This document shows, in pieces, positions 18,793-26,985 of a stretch of 34,566 nucleotides of DNA (position 1 is the stretch's first letter; each line of letters starts with the position of its first letter). The stretch is from a virus, in the IMG/VR virus record IMGVR_UViG_3300019487_000022, positions 89,241 through 123,806 of that record. The stretch is one strand, 5' to 3'. The translations under genes and the position numbers were made by a program. A model generated the notes under the pieces. It worked only from the letters and a program-made list of their open reading frames with translations. It had not been told where the DNA came from and did not search any database.

Positions 18793-19065
18793 CTATTCCA
18801 TTTTATTCTTTTCATCCAAAACATCTTGTTTAAGCTGTTTTATTTTAGCACAGATATTTGCCATTGTTTCGCTTTTTTCTTCGTGAGATAAATTTTTTCT
18901 ATTTGAAAATACTATTTTATCTCTGTTTATTTCGTCTATTCGTGTTTGGTATTTTTTGAAAATGATTGTGTGACGTTTAAGATTTTCGCAATATGCGTTC
19001 CATTCTTCGTGCATATTGTTATATTCGACTACATATCTTCTGATACCTCCATCTCTATTCTCCAT
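18793..19065 (-). CDS. hypothetical protein
   Basis: Start moved to MENRDG, 3 nt after tRNA-Leu. Confidence 0.55.
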   Translation of the reverse strand: MENRDGGIRRYVVEYNNMHEEWNAYCENLKRHTIIFKKYQTRIDEINRDKIVFSNRKNLSHEEKSETMANICAKIKQLKQDVLDEKNKME

Positions 19066-19068
19066 TAA

Positions 19069-19149
19069 TGCGGGCGACAGGAATCGAACCTGCACACCTT
19101 ATGGTACTGGCTTCTAAGACCAGCGCGGCTGCCGTTACGCCACGCCCGC
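19069..19149 (-). tRNA. tRNA-Leu(TAG), long variable arm
   Basis: GCGGGCG/CGCCCGC-A; CTGGT-CTTAGAA-GCCAG; T-loop TTCGATT. Confidence 0.93.
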
Positions 19150-19163
19150 AAATATCTTTAAAG

Positions 19164-19293
19164 TGGGACAGGCGGGATTCGAACCCTAACAGTATTGCTA
19201 CTGTAGCTGACAGTTCATGTGTTCGCGACGGGACATGCTGTCAACGCATCTGTCGATTAGAGGTCTCTATCGGCTTACTTAGCCCACTGTCCC
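19164..19293 (-). ncRNA. 130-nt tRNA-like RNA with a 59-nt structured insertion in the T-stem
   Basis: Acceptor GGGACAG/CTGTCCC-A; D-like GGCT/AGCC; GCG-[insert]-GG-TTCGAAT-CC-CGC; no canonical anticodon arm. Confidence 0.75.
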
Positions 19294-19295
19294 AA

Positions 19296-19370
19296 TACGC
19301 CCGAGGGGATTTGAACCCCTAAGCATCTCCTTCTAAGGGAGATAGGTTTGCCAATTTCCGTCACAGGCGT
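19296..19370 (-). tRNA. tRNA with TAG anticodon (Leu), short variable loop
   Basis: ACGCCTG/CGGGCGT-A; TCTCC-CTTAGAA-GGAGA; 5-nt variable region; AGGGG-TTCAAAT-CCCCT. Confidence 0.88.
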
Positions 19371-19422
19371 GTAAAAAATATGGCTATTTTCGATAATAAA
19401 GAGAATTTAACTTCTGGAGATA

Positions 19423-19626
19423 TTACTTACCCCTGGAGATTTCCAGGGAAACATTTGAACCATCTTCAATAGAAATAATTGTTTGATTACCCTGTCTACT
19501 AACTATAACCCCCTGAGTTTCATATATCTTTTGAGGTTTATTTGCTTCAATTTTTAATTTAGATCCGATAGCAAAACCAAAAAATAGTGCTAATACTAAC
19601 AGAATCAGGTATATGATCTTAAACAT
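19423..19626 (-). CDS. small protein with N-terminal TM helix
   Basis: ORF track. Confidence 0.6.
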   Translation of the reverse strand: MFKIIYLILLVLALFFGFAIGSKLKIEANKPQKIYETQGVIVSRQGNQTIISIEDGSNVSLEISRGK

Positions 19627-19634
19627 ATAATAGT

Positions 19635-19910
19635 TTATTCATCAAAAGAAACATCATGACTGTCATCCTTCCAATGAACTGTATTATATTTGGCCCCACA
19701 ATTTCTGCAGGTAACATCCTCTGGTATTGTCATCCATTCTCCTGATTTAACATCTTGTGGATCTACACCAAATTGTTCTGCATAATCCATCTTCTCTTCA
19801 GGAGACATTTCAACAATAATGCCTTGTTCAAAATTATCCGTATAACATTTATCACAAGTCCAAATATGTGCCGGTCTTAATTCTATATAAGGTAATTTAT
19901 CGTTATCCAT
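19635..19910 (-). CDS. zinc-ribbon hypothetical protein
   Basis: WTCDKC...TCRNCG. Confidence 0.65.
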   Translation of the reverse strand: MDNDKLPYIELRPAHIWTCDKCYTDNFEQGIIVEMSPEEKMDYAEQFGVDPQDVKSGEWMTIPEDVTCRNCGAKYNTVHWKDDSHDVSFDE

Positions 19911-19911
19911 A

Positions 19912-20142
19912 TTATTTAATATACTGTTTATATGCTTTAATTGCCTCTACGGTTAACAATTTTCTTATTTCTTCCTCTTCTCTTATATCTATATACTTCC
20001 CTAAAGGATATAATGCAGAATCTACAGAACAATCAATTGCAGTCTTTTCACTAGCATTGGAATAATATTTTATTGTTGTTTCAACTGCTTCATGTACATG
20101 TAAAATAGCAACATCTAACAATGCTTTATCGATCTTAATCAT
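19912..20142 (-). CDS. hypothetical protein
   Basis: ORF track, tight operon spacing. Confidence 0.6.
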   Translation of the reverse strand: MIKIDKALLDVAILHVHEAVETTIKYYSNASEKTAIDCSVDSALYPLGKYIDIREEEEIRKLLTVEAIKAYKQYIK

Positions 20143-20143
20143 A

Positions 20144-20425
20144 TTACTTAGGGTTTCTTATTTTTAATTTCTTCCAAATAAAATCAGGTACTATACAACG
20201 CACTTTTTCATCATTATCAATATCCGTTAATGCTTTGCATTGACAACATTTAAAACTTACATAAGTTATGGTAGACCCATCCATGAGACATCTGGTAGTC
20301 TTAAAAAGATCTTTCTCATCAACTAAGAGAATTGCGCCACAGCCTTTTCTGTTATTACCAAACCCAGTACATTTAAACTTCTTCGACCAAATTTGTGTGG
20401 GTTCTCCCTTTTTAATAACTTTCAT
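20144..20425 (-). CDS. zinc-ribbon hypothetical phage protein (MKVIKKG...C...GCGA...CxxC)
   Basis: ORF track. Confidence 0.65.
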   Translation of the reverse strand: MKVIKKGEPTQIWSKKFKCTGFGNNRKGCGAILLVDEKDLFKTTRCLMDGSTITYVSFKCCQCKALTDIDNDEKVRCIVPDFIWKKLKIRNPK

Positions 20426-20997
20426 TTTATAGCCTTATAGTTAGCTAAACTACATACTGCTTCATTCCCTCTTCCCGATCCAATATCGGTTATTATCATT
20501 AAATTTCCATTTGGTAATTTAACTGTTACTTGCCCTTCATCTTGAACCGCAGTTAATTTCAAACCTCTCCATCTGACATGCCCTATAGTTTGTTTATTTT
20601 CTTCAACTGCTGTAAATGTTAATCCGCCATCTGGTTCCACAGCCGCTAAATAGTTCTCTCCAGTTTTTACTTTTGATAAATTTAGAGCAAGATCAAACAA
20701 CCCATCTTTAGTAATTGCGGTAAGTCTTCTGGTAGGGTCTACATTGTTCGTGAGCCACTTGAGGGATTTAACTGTTCCAATTTTACAAGTAGGAATTTGA
20801 CAGCCCTTTTTTATAAATGATTGTAACCATCTAGATTTCGAGATAAAAGCAGCTTCGTCAAAGCACATTTTATCTCTCAACTCTTGATAACCTTGAGATA
20901 TCAATAGTATGTTTTCTTGTATATCTTCATCTGCTAAATAAGAATAGGTGTTAAAAGTTAATACTCTACTTGCATAAATGGCTTGTTCGTCTGTCAT
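20422..20997 (-). CDS. hypothetical protein
   Basis: ORF with AAGGA RBS. Confidence 0.7.
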   Translation of the reverse strand: MTDEQAIYASRVLTFNTYSYLADEDIQENILLISQGYQELRDKMCFDEAAFISKSRWLQSFIKKGCQIPTCKIGTVKSLKWLTNNVDPTRRLTAITKDGLFDLALNLSKVKTGENYLAAVEPDGGLTFTAVEENKQTIGHVRWRGLKLTAVQDEGQVTVKLPNGNLMIITDIGSGRGNEAVCSLANYKAIK

Positions 20998-21009
20998 TAG
21001 TTAATCCTT

Positions 21010-21279
21010 TTAAGCTTCACCGACTACTTCTTTATCATCTGGAGGAATATAATTCGTTACCCACCATACCGGCTCATAAATTTCGATTGCCTGATCGCCA
21101 GCTATTCCTAATGTCTTACTTACTTTCTTTGCTATTCCTAATCCAGGTTGACCAGCTATGTCAATTCTAAACCATGCTCCAATAGGTAAATCACTCATAT
21201 GTTTAAGCACTAGGTTTTCTGCTAAGGGATACACTGAATCACCTCTTTTTATTAAATTAAGCAATGTAAGCCATATCAT
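21010..21279 (-). CDS. hypothetical protein
   Basis: ORF track. Confidence 0.55.
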   Translation of the reverse strand: MIWLTLLNLIKRGDSVYPLAENLVLKHMSDLPIGAWFRIDIAGQPGLGIAKKVSKTLGIAGDQAIEIYEPVWWVTNYIPPDDKEVVGEA

Positions 21280-21496
21280 TTTTAATCTTTATATCATTAG
21301 CATACCCTTCAATTACCGCTCTTGGTTGTCTCTTTTTCGATTTACTACAACCATTTAATTTATGAAAAACAATGTGCTTAACAAAATGACATTTTCCTTT
21401 AAAATGCACTGACCAAATTACCTCTCCCAATTGCAATGTTTTTGGTTTATTAAAGTGAAAGAAAAACTTAAATTTGCCAGGTGTTTTAAGAGGCAT
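21257..21496 (-). CDS. hypothetical phage protein (FFFHFNKP...QPR motif)
   Basis: ORF track. Confidence 0.65.
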   Translation of the reverse strand: MPLKTPGKFKFFFHFNKPKTLQLGEVIWSVHFKGKCHFVKHIVFHKLNGCSKSKKRQPRAVIEGYANDIKIKNDMAYIA

Positions 21497-21499
21497 ATC

Positions 21500-21829
21500 T
21501 TAGTCCATCCAATCGGGATTCTCTTCTTCCCACTTCTTTTCTTCTAATAAGACACGATGTTCATCTGGAGTTAATGTTTTAATAAATGAAATGTTAGTAT
21601 ATGCCTTTTCACCAATCTCTTCTTTTAATGCTGTCCAAATAATATCCTGTCGATTTGAAATAGGAATACCATTGAAACCTTTCCATATCACAATACCATT
21701 AATTCTAGGTAGACATTGCAACTCCACAGAAGCTTCTGGAAAAGTTTCTTTTATTATTCTTAAAGTAACTTCAAATAATTGATTACGTTCGATGATTTCT
21801 TTATCTCGCGGCATTAATCCACAACCCAA
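21500..21829 (-). CDS. hypothetical protein
   Basis: ORF track. Confidence 0.6.
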   Translation of the reverse strand: MGCGLMPRDKEIIERNQLFEVTLRIIKETFPEASVELQCLPRINGIVIWKGFNGIPISNRQDIIWTALKEEIGEKAYTNISFIKTLTPDEHRVLLEEKKWEEENPDWMD

Positions 21830-22179
21830 TCTAACGAAGCTAAAGCAAGCATTTCAGTTTTTGTCATTTTTCTATAAATACGACTATTTAATCTAAAATT
21901 TTGATTATCACTTAAAATAGCTAATCTTGGAATATCAGTTTCTAAATCTAACCTATCCTTATCATCTAATTCAACATATGCACATTTATTCTTGTTTAAT
22001 CTAATAATTTTATCAAATGCTGGAAACTCTGGAGTGCTTGGGAATCGTATCACTAAGTAAGAAAAACTATTACCCACATATCCTTCTAAAACAAACACCT
22101 CTACAGATGGAGAAAAGAACGGATTATGAGAGTATAAAAGCTTTAATTTTATTGAAGAAGTAGGTAATATACACAACAT
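21814..22179 (-). CDS. hypothetical protein
   Basis: ORF track. Confidence 0.55.
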   Translation of the reverse strand: MLCILPTSSIKLKLLYSHNPFFSPSVEVFVLEGYVGNSFSYLVIRFPSTPEFPAFDKIIRLNKNKCAYVELDDKDRLDLETDIPRLAILSDNQNFRLNSRIYRKMTKTEMLALASLDWVVD

Positions 22180-22208
22180 CTATCTTATAATCGACAGGCA
22201 TTGTTAAT

Positions 22209-22409
22209 TTATATTCTCACCCATTTTGCAGGTTTTCTAGACGATTCTCTACGTCGATTTATATCTTTTAGTTTAGGGCATATGTTATATATAATCTCGC
22301 CCAATATAGATATATCTAACATTTGTCCTTTACTTTCTTTAAAAGCTTTATCTATCGCTGCATCAAAACGTTGTGAAAATTTCTTTCTTTTTATATTATT
22401 CTTTGCCAT
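22209..22409 (-). CDS. small basic hypothetical protein
   Basis: ORF follows the RNA ligase by 9 nt. Confidence 0.55.
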   Translation of the reverse strand: MAKNNIKRKKFSQRFDAAIDKAFKESKGQMLDISILGEIIYNICPKLKDINRRRESSRKPAKWVRI

Positions 22410-22418
22410 AATAGTTTA

Positions 22419-23441
22419 TCAACTAAAATCATTATCATCTGGCGCATGTTTCGGATTAATTAACTTAAGAGCCAAACGAAACTTTGTTGTTGAATAACGA
22501 GGAATTAGTGGAGTTACAACAACACCTTCTTTTATATGTAACGAATTGCCACTGATATTTTCTTTTCCTTCTCTTAAAGGACGAATTTTATTGATATCAA
22601 ATGGACCTTCATATAAAACAGGCACCCAAAGCTTCCGTAAATCTTCAGGAATTTCTGAAAATGGTAAAGTCCTACCTTCAACATCAATCCTGAAAATAAA
22701 TATAGTTTTCTTTTTTAAACCGTAGTTGTATCCTTTATGAAAAGGAACGACCTCACCAAATGCTTGAGTATTTACACTAGGAAAATGTTTTTCCAAAAGA
22801 TCAAAGAGTCCAGAATCATTAGCTACAATACGATACGCAACATCTGCTTCATCAGCAAAAAATTGATCGTTATCAAGTAATCCTTTTGATGTAACTAACC
22901 TTTTACCATCTGCTAGTTTGACATACACACCTTGAGTACCATGAATTTTCTCTGTAACTTGTACATGTTCACCCTCTACAAATTCATTAGGATAAATATT
23001 GTAAGTTTCAACTTCGTGCTTATGAATATCTGTACCAATTGTTTCAAGAGAAAATACCTCTCCAACCAATTCATCTGGAATTGGAGCTATATATCGCGTT
23101 ATCCCTAACCTAGCAGAAATATCTTCACCTAATGGAACATCCACTAATGCAGGAATATCATCAAGAATAATTCCCTGAGTCAGCTCTTTTTGCATAACCA
23201 GGGCTTTAACACGATTCTTTTCAGGACCAACTAAGTATTTACGGCGATCCCCTTCATCAGCAATTGCATCTGGTAAAACGGATTTTTCAGGAACAAAAAT
23301 TACAATGCTCTCGTTCTTGAAAATTCCTTTACCAACGACCACCTGATATTGCCCCACTTTACCTAGTTCCAATCTCAAAACCTCTGGATTAGGGTGAGGA
23401 AATAACTGTATCTTTTCTCTTGTAACTTTCCACTGTGCCAT
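22419..23441 (-). CDS. ATP-dependent RNA ligase, DRB0094/Rnl2-like
   Basis: N-terminal tRNA-binding-type domain (HPN...LEL...YQVVV.KG); motif I TEKIHGT, FGEV, EGVVV, KLIN. Confidence 0.9.
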   Translation of the reverse strand: MAQWKVTREKIQLFPHPNPEVLRLELGKVGQYQVVVGKGIFKNESIVIFVPEKSVLPDAIADEGDRRKYLVGPEKNRVKALVMQKELTQGIILDDIPALVDVPLGEDISARLGITRYIAPIPDELVGEVFSLETIGTDIHKHEVETYNIYPNEFVEGEHVQVTEKIHGTQGVYVKLADGKRLVTSKGLLDNDQFFADEADVAYRIVANDSGLFDLLEKHFPSVNTQAFGEVVPFHKGYNYGLKKKTIFIFRIDVEGRTLPFSEIPEDLRKLWVPVLYEGPFDINKIRPLREGKENISGNSLHIKEGVVVTPLIPRYSTTKFRLALKLINPKHAPDDNDFS

Positions 23442-23468
23442 AAATACTCCAAAATATCGTCTTTGCTT

Positions 23469-23981
23469 CTATTTTAACATTGTTTGCATTACAGGATTGC
23501 AATACGCACGTCTCCAAAAATCTAATGTTTCTTCTCCAACCTGAGAGACATTCGCTCTTGCAACTATTTCAGCTTCGCTATAAAAAACAAAAGATTCTTT
23601 TCTCAATCCAAATAATCTTAAACTTCTAATGATTCGCGTAATACGTAATAAATTATGATTGCGAAAAGCACACCAAGATTGTTTATCTACATTCCAATGA
23701 TTACCTATTCCATAAAATAAACGAAATCTCTCAAGACAACTTAAAATATTAGTTGTGGCTTTATCTGAACTTTGAAGAATTTTTATATCTTCTTCTGTTA
23801 AAACAGGCCCATTAAAATTATGCCGTGAAGTCTCATGCAAAGGGAATAGCCATTGAATCCAAGTATGACTTTTTTCAAGATCCCAATCAGAACTGTTAAT
23901 CATCTGTTTTAAAGTTATGCCTTCATCATTTGGTAAATCATTAATATAGAAGTCTAAAATTTTTGATGTATATTTAGTCAT
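23469..23981 (-). CDS. opioid growth factor receptor (OGFr)-like domain protein
   Basis: LE-x-x-H-x-WIQWLFPL and NHNLLRITRIIRSL motifs. Confidence 0.85.
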   Translation of the reverse strand: MTKYTSKILDFYINDLPNDEGITLKQMINSSDWDLEKSHTWIQWLFPLHETSRHNFNGPVLTEEDIKILQSSDKATTNILSCLERFRLFYGIGNHWNVDKQSWCAFRNHNLLRITRIIRSLRLFGLRKESFVFYSEAEIVARANVSQVGEETLDFWRRAYCNPVMQTMLK

Positions 23982-24322
23982 ACAATACCTGCCATTTTCT
24001 TGCGATGTCTTTTACACCATGATGAATTTAAAACCATGTTTGATGCATCTCTAGCACAAGAAGGTTGTTCAAAAGCGACTTTAAAACTAGTTAAAAATAA
24101 CCTATGGCGTTCTTGTTCATCTTCCCATGACTTTTTATGTTCTGGACAAAGAGCTAAAGAACCCCAACCCGGTCTTGCATTTGCAATCCATTCTGCACCA
24201 AAAATACCACAAACATTGCAACAGAGATTCCAGCCGTTTAATTCCTTTTCTGCTGCTTCTGCCATTTGTAAAGCAATTTTATGGGCTTCTGGATTTATTT
24301 CTTCTGGTTTCTTAAAAGGCAT
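23978..24322 (-). CDS. hypothetical zinc-binding protein
   Basis: CNVCG...LCPEH. Confidence 0.65.
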   Translation of the reverse strand: MPFKKPEEINPEAHKIALQMAEAAEKELNGWNLCCNVCGIFGAEWIANARPGWGSLALCPEHKKSWEDEQERHRLFLTSFKVAFEQPSCARDASNMVLNSSWCKRHRKKMAGIV

Positions 24323-24393
24323 TTTTCACTTTCTTAAACGTAAATAAGCCTTAATGAGATATGAAAGGGGAATTTTCTTCAGGAGATGAGAAG

Positions 24394-24478
24394 TGTCGTT
24401 GAGAGGATTCGAACCTCCAAGGTCACAATGACCACATGGGTCTGAACCATGCGCTTTTACCAATTTAGCCACAACGAC
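24394..24478 (-). tRNA. tRNA-Leu(CAG)
   Basis: GTCGTTG/CAACGAC-A; CATGG-TTCAGAC-CCATG; long variable arm. Confidence 0.93.
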
Positions 24479-24481
24479 ATT

Positions 24482-24652
24482 TTATATTTTTCCACACAAG
24501 TGATAAATTAATGTTGTAAATGACATGCCTATTACAAATAAATATATGCAAAGAAGAATCAAAAATGCTTGCCTTTGTTTCCAACGAACTTTTGCAATAG
24601 CATAATCCGTTGTTTCTTTCCAATATTTTTTCTGCCAATCATCTGTATTCAT
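24482..24652 (-). CDS. 56-aa single-TM protein (not in ORF track)
   Basis: MNTDDWQKKYW...FLILLCIYLFVIGMSF...; TAATG overlap with the upstream gene. Confidence 0.55.
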   Translation of the reverse strand: MNTDDWQKKYWKETTDYAIAKVRWKQRQAFLILLCIYLFVIGMSFTTLIYHLCGKI

Positions 24653-24912
24653 TATTTTTTCTTTCTTTTCTTTTTTAAATCTTCTTCTCTTTTCTTCATT
24701 GCTGCTATCTTTATTTTAGCTATATAATGTCCGTTCCCAGCCAGATCTTTTGCTTCTTTTGTCATTGCTGCTACATAATGTTCATGAGCAGTTTTTAATG
24801 CTAATTGACCTTCTGGTGTTTCAAACATTCTACGAGATATTTCTATTCTTTCTTGTATGTCTTTTTCTAGTTCTTCCTTAGTCATCTCTTTATATTTAGG
24901 TTTCTTTTTCAT
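24652..24912 (-). CDS. basic hypothetical protein
   Basis: Start moved to MKKKPK, after tRNA-Leu(CAA). Confidence 0.6.
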   Translation of the reverse strand: MKKKPKYKEMTKEELEKDIQERIEISRRMFETPEGQLALKTAHEHYVAAMTKEAKDLAGNGHYIAKIKIAAMKKREEDLKKKRKKK

Positions 24913-24915
24913 AAG

Positions 24916-24997
24916 TGTCGATGACAGGAGTCGAACCTGCACGATGTTACTCAACAGTTTTTGAAACTGCCGCGGCTGCCAATTCCGCCACATCGAC
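24916..24997 (-). tRNA. tRNA-Leu(CAA)
   Basis: GTCGATG/CATCGAC-A; GCAGT-TTCAAAA-ACTGT. Confidence 0.93.
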
Positions 24998-25005
24998 ATG
25001 TATTA

Positions 25006-25227
25006 CTACCAATCATTTATCAAATGTTCATTGATAAATGATATCAGCCATTTTCTACCACGTTCTTCCGCACCTACAGAAATTCTTAAAACTTTATGAC
25101 CTACATATCCAGCAATTCCTGTTAGCTCAAATTCTTTTTGAGTAGTTTCATCATAGTAACGTTTACCCATTTTATTTAAAATTTGAAAATCATTTGGATG
25201 AATATATTCTACATCTTCTATAGCCAT
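25006..25227 (-). CDS. hypothetical protein
   Basis: Start moved to MAIEDV, after tRNA-Leu(TAA). Confidence 0.6.
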   Translation of the reverse strand: MAIEDVEYIHPNDFQILNKMGKRYYDETTQKEFELTGIAGYVGHKVLRISVGAEERGRKWLISFINEHLINDW

Positions 25228-25252
25228 AAATATCTTTCTTTTTAAATTACAA

Positions 25253-25343
25253 TGCGGAAGGTGGGATTCGAACCCACAACCGTTCAAGGACGGATTCCCA
25301 ATATTTTAAGTATTGGAGGTAAGCCAGTTCCCGTCACTCCCGC
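25253..25343 (-). tRNA. tRNA-Leu(TAA)
   Basis: GCGGGAG/CTTCCGC-A; CAATA-CTTAAAA-TATTG; long variable arm. Confidence 0.92.
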
Positions 25344-25426
25344 GATATGAAGTGAAGATCATTAGACCCAACCCAGAGCAGCGTCATAGGCGTCATTCTA
25401 ACATAAATTCACTTCAATAATATAAT

Positions 25427-25693
25427 TTAACTTTGCATATCATCAAACATTTGACATTCAGATACATGACATAAATTGTATCGAATTCCATTTATTTCTT
25501 TTGTCTCAACGTTAGGCCATTCTCTGCAATCAGGATCTCCACAATCTAGCATGCACCATTCAGGACCATCTCTGCCCTTATTAGGTCCAATGATTTGTAC
25601 TATATGTTTATTTGAATTTTCTATAAAACCACTGGCTCTTGAGAGCCAAACCCAATCTCCACTTTTACGTCTTTTGCTCATCTTTAGCTCCAA
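25427..25693 (-). CDS. hypothetical protein (C-x3-CGDPDCREW...HVSEC motif)
   Basis: ORF track. Confidence 0.65.
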   Translation of the reverse strand: MELKMSKRRKSGDWVWLSRASGFIENSNKHIVQIIGPNKGRDGPEWCMLDCGDPDCREWPNVETKEINGIRYNLCHVSECQMFDDMQS

Positions 25694-25698
25694 ATAAA

Positions 25699-25779
25699 TG
25701 CGGTTGAGAGGATTCGAACCTCCACGGTGTTACCCGCTACCACCTCAAGGTAGTGCGTCTGCCTTTTCGCCACAACCGC
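25699..25779 (-). tRNA. tRNA-Leu(GAG)
   Basis: GCGGTTG/CAACCGC-A; CTACC-TTGAGGT-GGTAG. Confidence 0.94.
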
Positions 25780-25794
25780 GATTCTTCTTACAAG

Positions 25795-25883
25795 CGGAAG
25801 GTGTCAGAGTTGAACTGACAATACGTCTTTCAACGTATAATTGTTTTCAAGACAATCGGACTTGCCAATGTACCAAACCTTCC
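25795..25883 (-). tRNA. tRNA-Ser(TGA)
   Basis: GGAAGGT/ACCTTCC-G; ATTGT-CTTGAAA-ACAAT; long variable arm. Confidence 0.9.
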
Positions 25884-25893
25884 ATATAAACAG

Positions 25894-25983
25894 CGGTGGG
25901 AGTCAGAGTCGAACTGACACACCATCTTTTCGACGATGAACACCTTTCCAAGATGTTTGACTTACCAATGTGCAAATCCCACC
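25894..25983 (-). tRNA. tRNA-Ser(GGA)
   Basis: GGTGGGA/TCCCACC-G; ACATC-TTGGAAA-GGTGT; long variable arm. Confidence 0.9.
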
Positions 25984-26020
25984 ATATAAATAATATATCG
26001 ACAACTTCATTCAGGAGACA

Positions 26021-26106
26021 TGGATGATGGAGGAGTTGAACCACTTGCCTGTCCGCCCGATTTAATTAGGCAACCGGGTTACAGCCGGTCATCGGGAACA
26101 TCATCC
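26021..26106 (-). ncRNA. D-armless tRNA-like RNA with GTA anticodon and a 9-nt T-stem insertion
   Basis: GGATGAT/ATCATCC-A; ACCGG-CTGTAAC-CCGGT; CCCGAT/ATCGGG helix replaces the D-arm; GGA-[CAGGCAAGT]-GG-TTCAACT-CC-TCC. Confidence 0.75.
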
Positions 26107-26109
26107 GTA

Positions 26110-26183
26110 AGGCTATGTAGGGAGTCGAACCCTAAATGTCGCGAGATTTGCAGTCAAGCCGCTTGCCACTTGCATACATAACC
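26110..26183 (-). tRNA. tRNA-Cys(GCA), two mismatches in the anticodon stem
   Basis: GGTTATG/CATAGCC-U73; loop CTGCAAA; TAGGG-TTCGACT-CCCTA. Confidence 0.82.
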
Positions 26184-26218
26184 ATAGGCATCTATTCAGT
26201 TTTCAAAGAACTCACAAG

Positions 26219-26301
26219 AGACTGGGGTGAGATTCGAACTCACGTTGTCTTTCGACAGTCGCTTTGCAGGCGACCCCATTTGTCCACTCTGGCACCCAGT
26301 C
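26219..26301 (-). tRNA. tRNA-Cys(GCA) with long variable arm
   Basis: GACTGGG/CCCAGTC-U73; GTCGC-CTGCAAA-GCGAC; variable hairpin TGTC-GAAA-GACA. Confidence 0.9.
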
Positions 26302-26310
26302 AACTATTAA

Positions 26311-26327
26311 CGGAGAGGTAATGGAAT
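26311..26327. repeat. duplicate of the tRNA-Ser 3' end (16/17 match to 26975-26991)
   Basis: cggagaggtaatggaat vs cggagaggtaatagaat, flanking the endonuclease gene. Confidence 0.8.
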
Positions 26328-26373
26328 AGCTCTTGTTTTAAAGAAAACCTTTCCGTTTATTCGAATATCTATT

Positions 26374-26985
26374 ATGAAAACATCGTGTTCAGACTGCAAT
26401 AATACCTTTGATAAAAAATCTTATGAAATTAAACGCACTAAATATCATTTTTGTTCTCTTAAATGTTGGTCAAATTTTCAAAATAAGAAAAAACCAACTA
26501 AAATTAAAGTAACATGTGCAACTTGTGGTTTTAACTTTTTTAAAATTCCAGCAGAGATCTCTAAAACTGGTAATTCTTTTTGTAACCGTTCTTGCGCTGT
26601 TGTGTTTAATAACCGTAAAAAACGTAAAAGCAGACGTTCTAAAGCAGAAAAAATGCTTTTTGATTTATTAAATAAATCTTTTCCTAACCTTCCTATTCTT
26701 GCAAACGACAAATCATTATTAGATGGTTTAGAAATTGACATAGCTTTTCCTAGTCTTAAACTTGGCATAGAATGGAATGGTATAGTCCATTTTAAACCAA
26801 TTTTTGGTACACAAAAATTTCTAAAAATTCAACACAACGATATCAGAAAACAAAAAATAGCGTTTGAAAAAGGCATTCACTTAATTGTTGTGCCAGATCT
26901 TGTTTCTACTAAATCCTATGTTGAGGACGCTGCAATGAGCATCAAACAGATCATAACATCTCTGCTTGATAAACCGGAGAGGTAA
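26374..26985 (+). CDS. free-standing endonuclease: Cys-rich zinc-binding repeats + DUF559/Vsr-like PD-(D/E)xK domain
   Basis: CxxC...FCSxxC repeated twice; S-x-x-E, LEIDIAFP-x3-LGIEWNG-x-x-H; antisense to the tRNA array. Confidence 0.8.
   Translation: MKTSCSDCNNTFDKKSYEIKRTKYHFCSLKCWSNFQNKKKPTKIKVTCATCGFNFFKIPAEISKTGNSFCNRSCAVVFNNRKKRKSRRSKAEKMLFDLLNKSFPNLPILANDKSLLDGLEIDIAFPSLKLGIEWNGIVHFKPIFGTQKFLKIQHNDIRKQKIAFEKGIHLIVVPDLVSTKSYVEDAAMSIKQIITSLLDKPER

Noticed and set aside
19250-19270. CTCTAAT as an amber (CUA) or pyrrolysine anticodon loop in the 130-nt RNA
   Set aside because: The flanking bases (GAGAC/CGACA) do not form an anticodon stem.
19068-19322. Plus-strand ORFs over tRNA genes (also 16770, 25698, 26136, 27021, 32379) and minus-strand ORF 25847-26044
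   Set aside because: These are translations of tRNA sequences, not plausible proteins.
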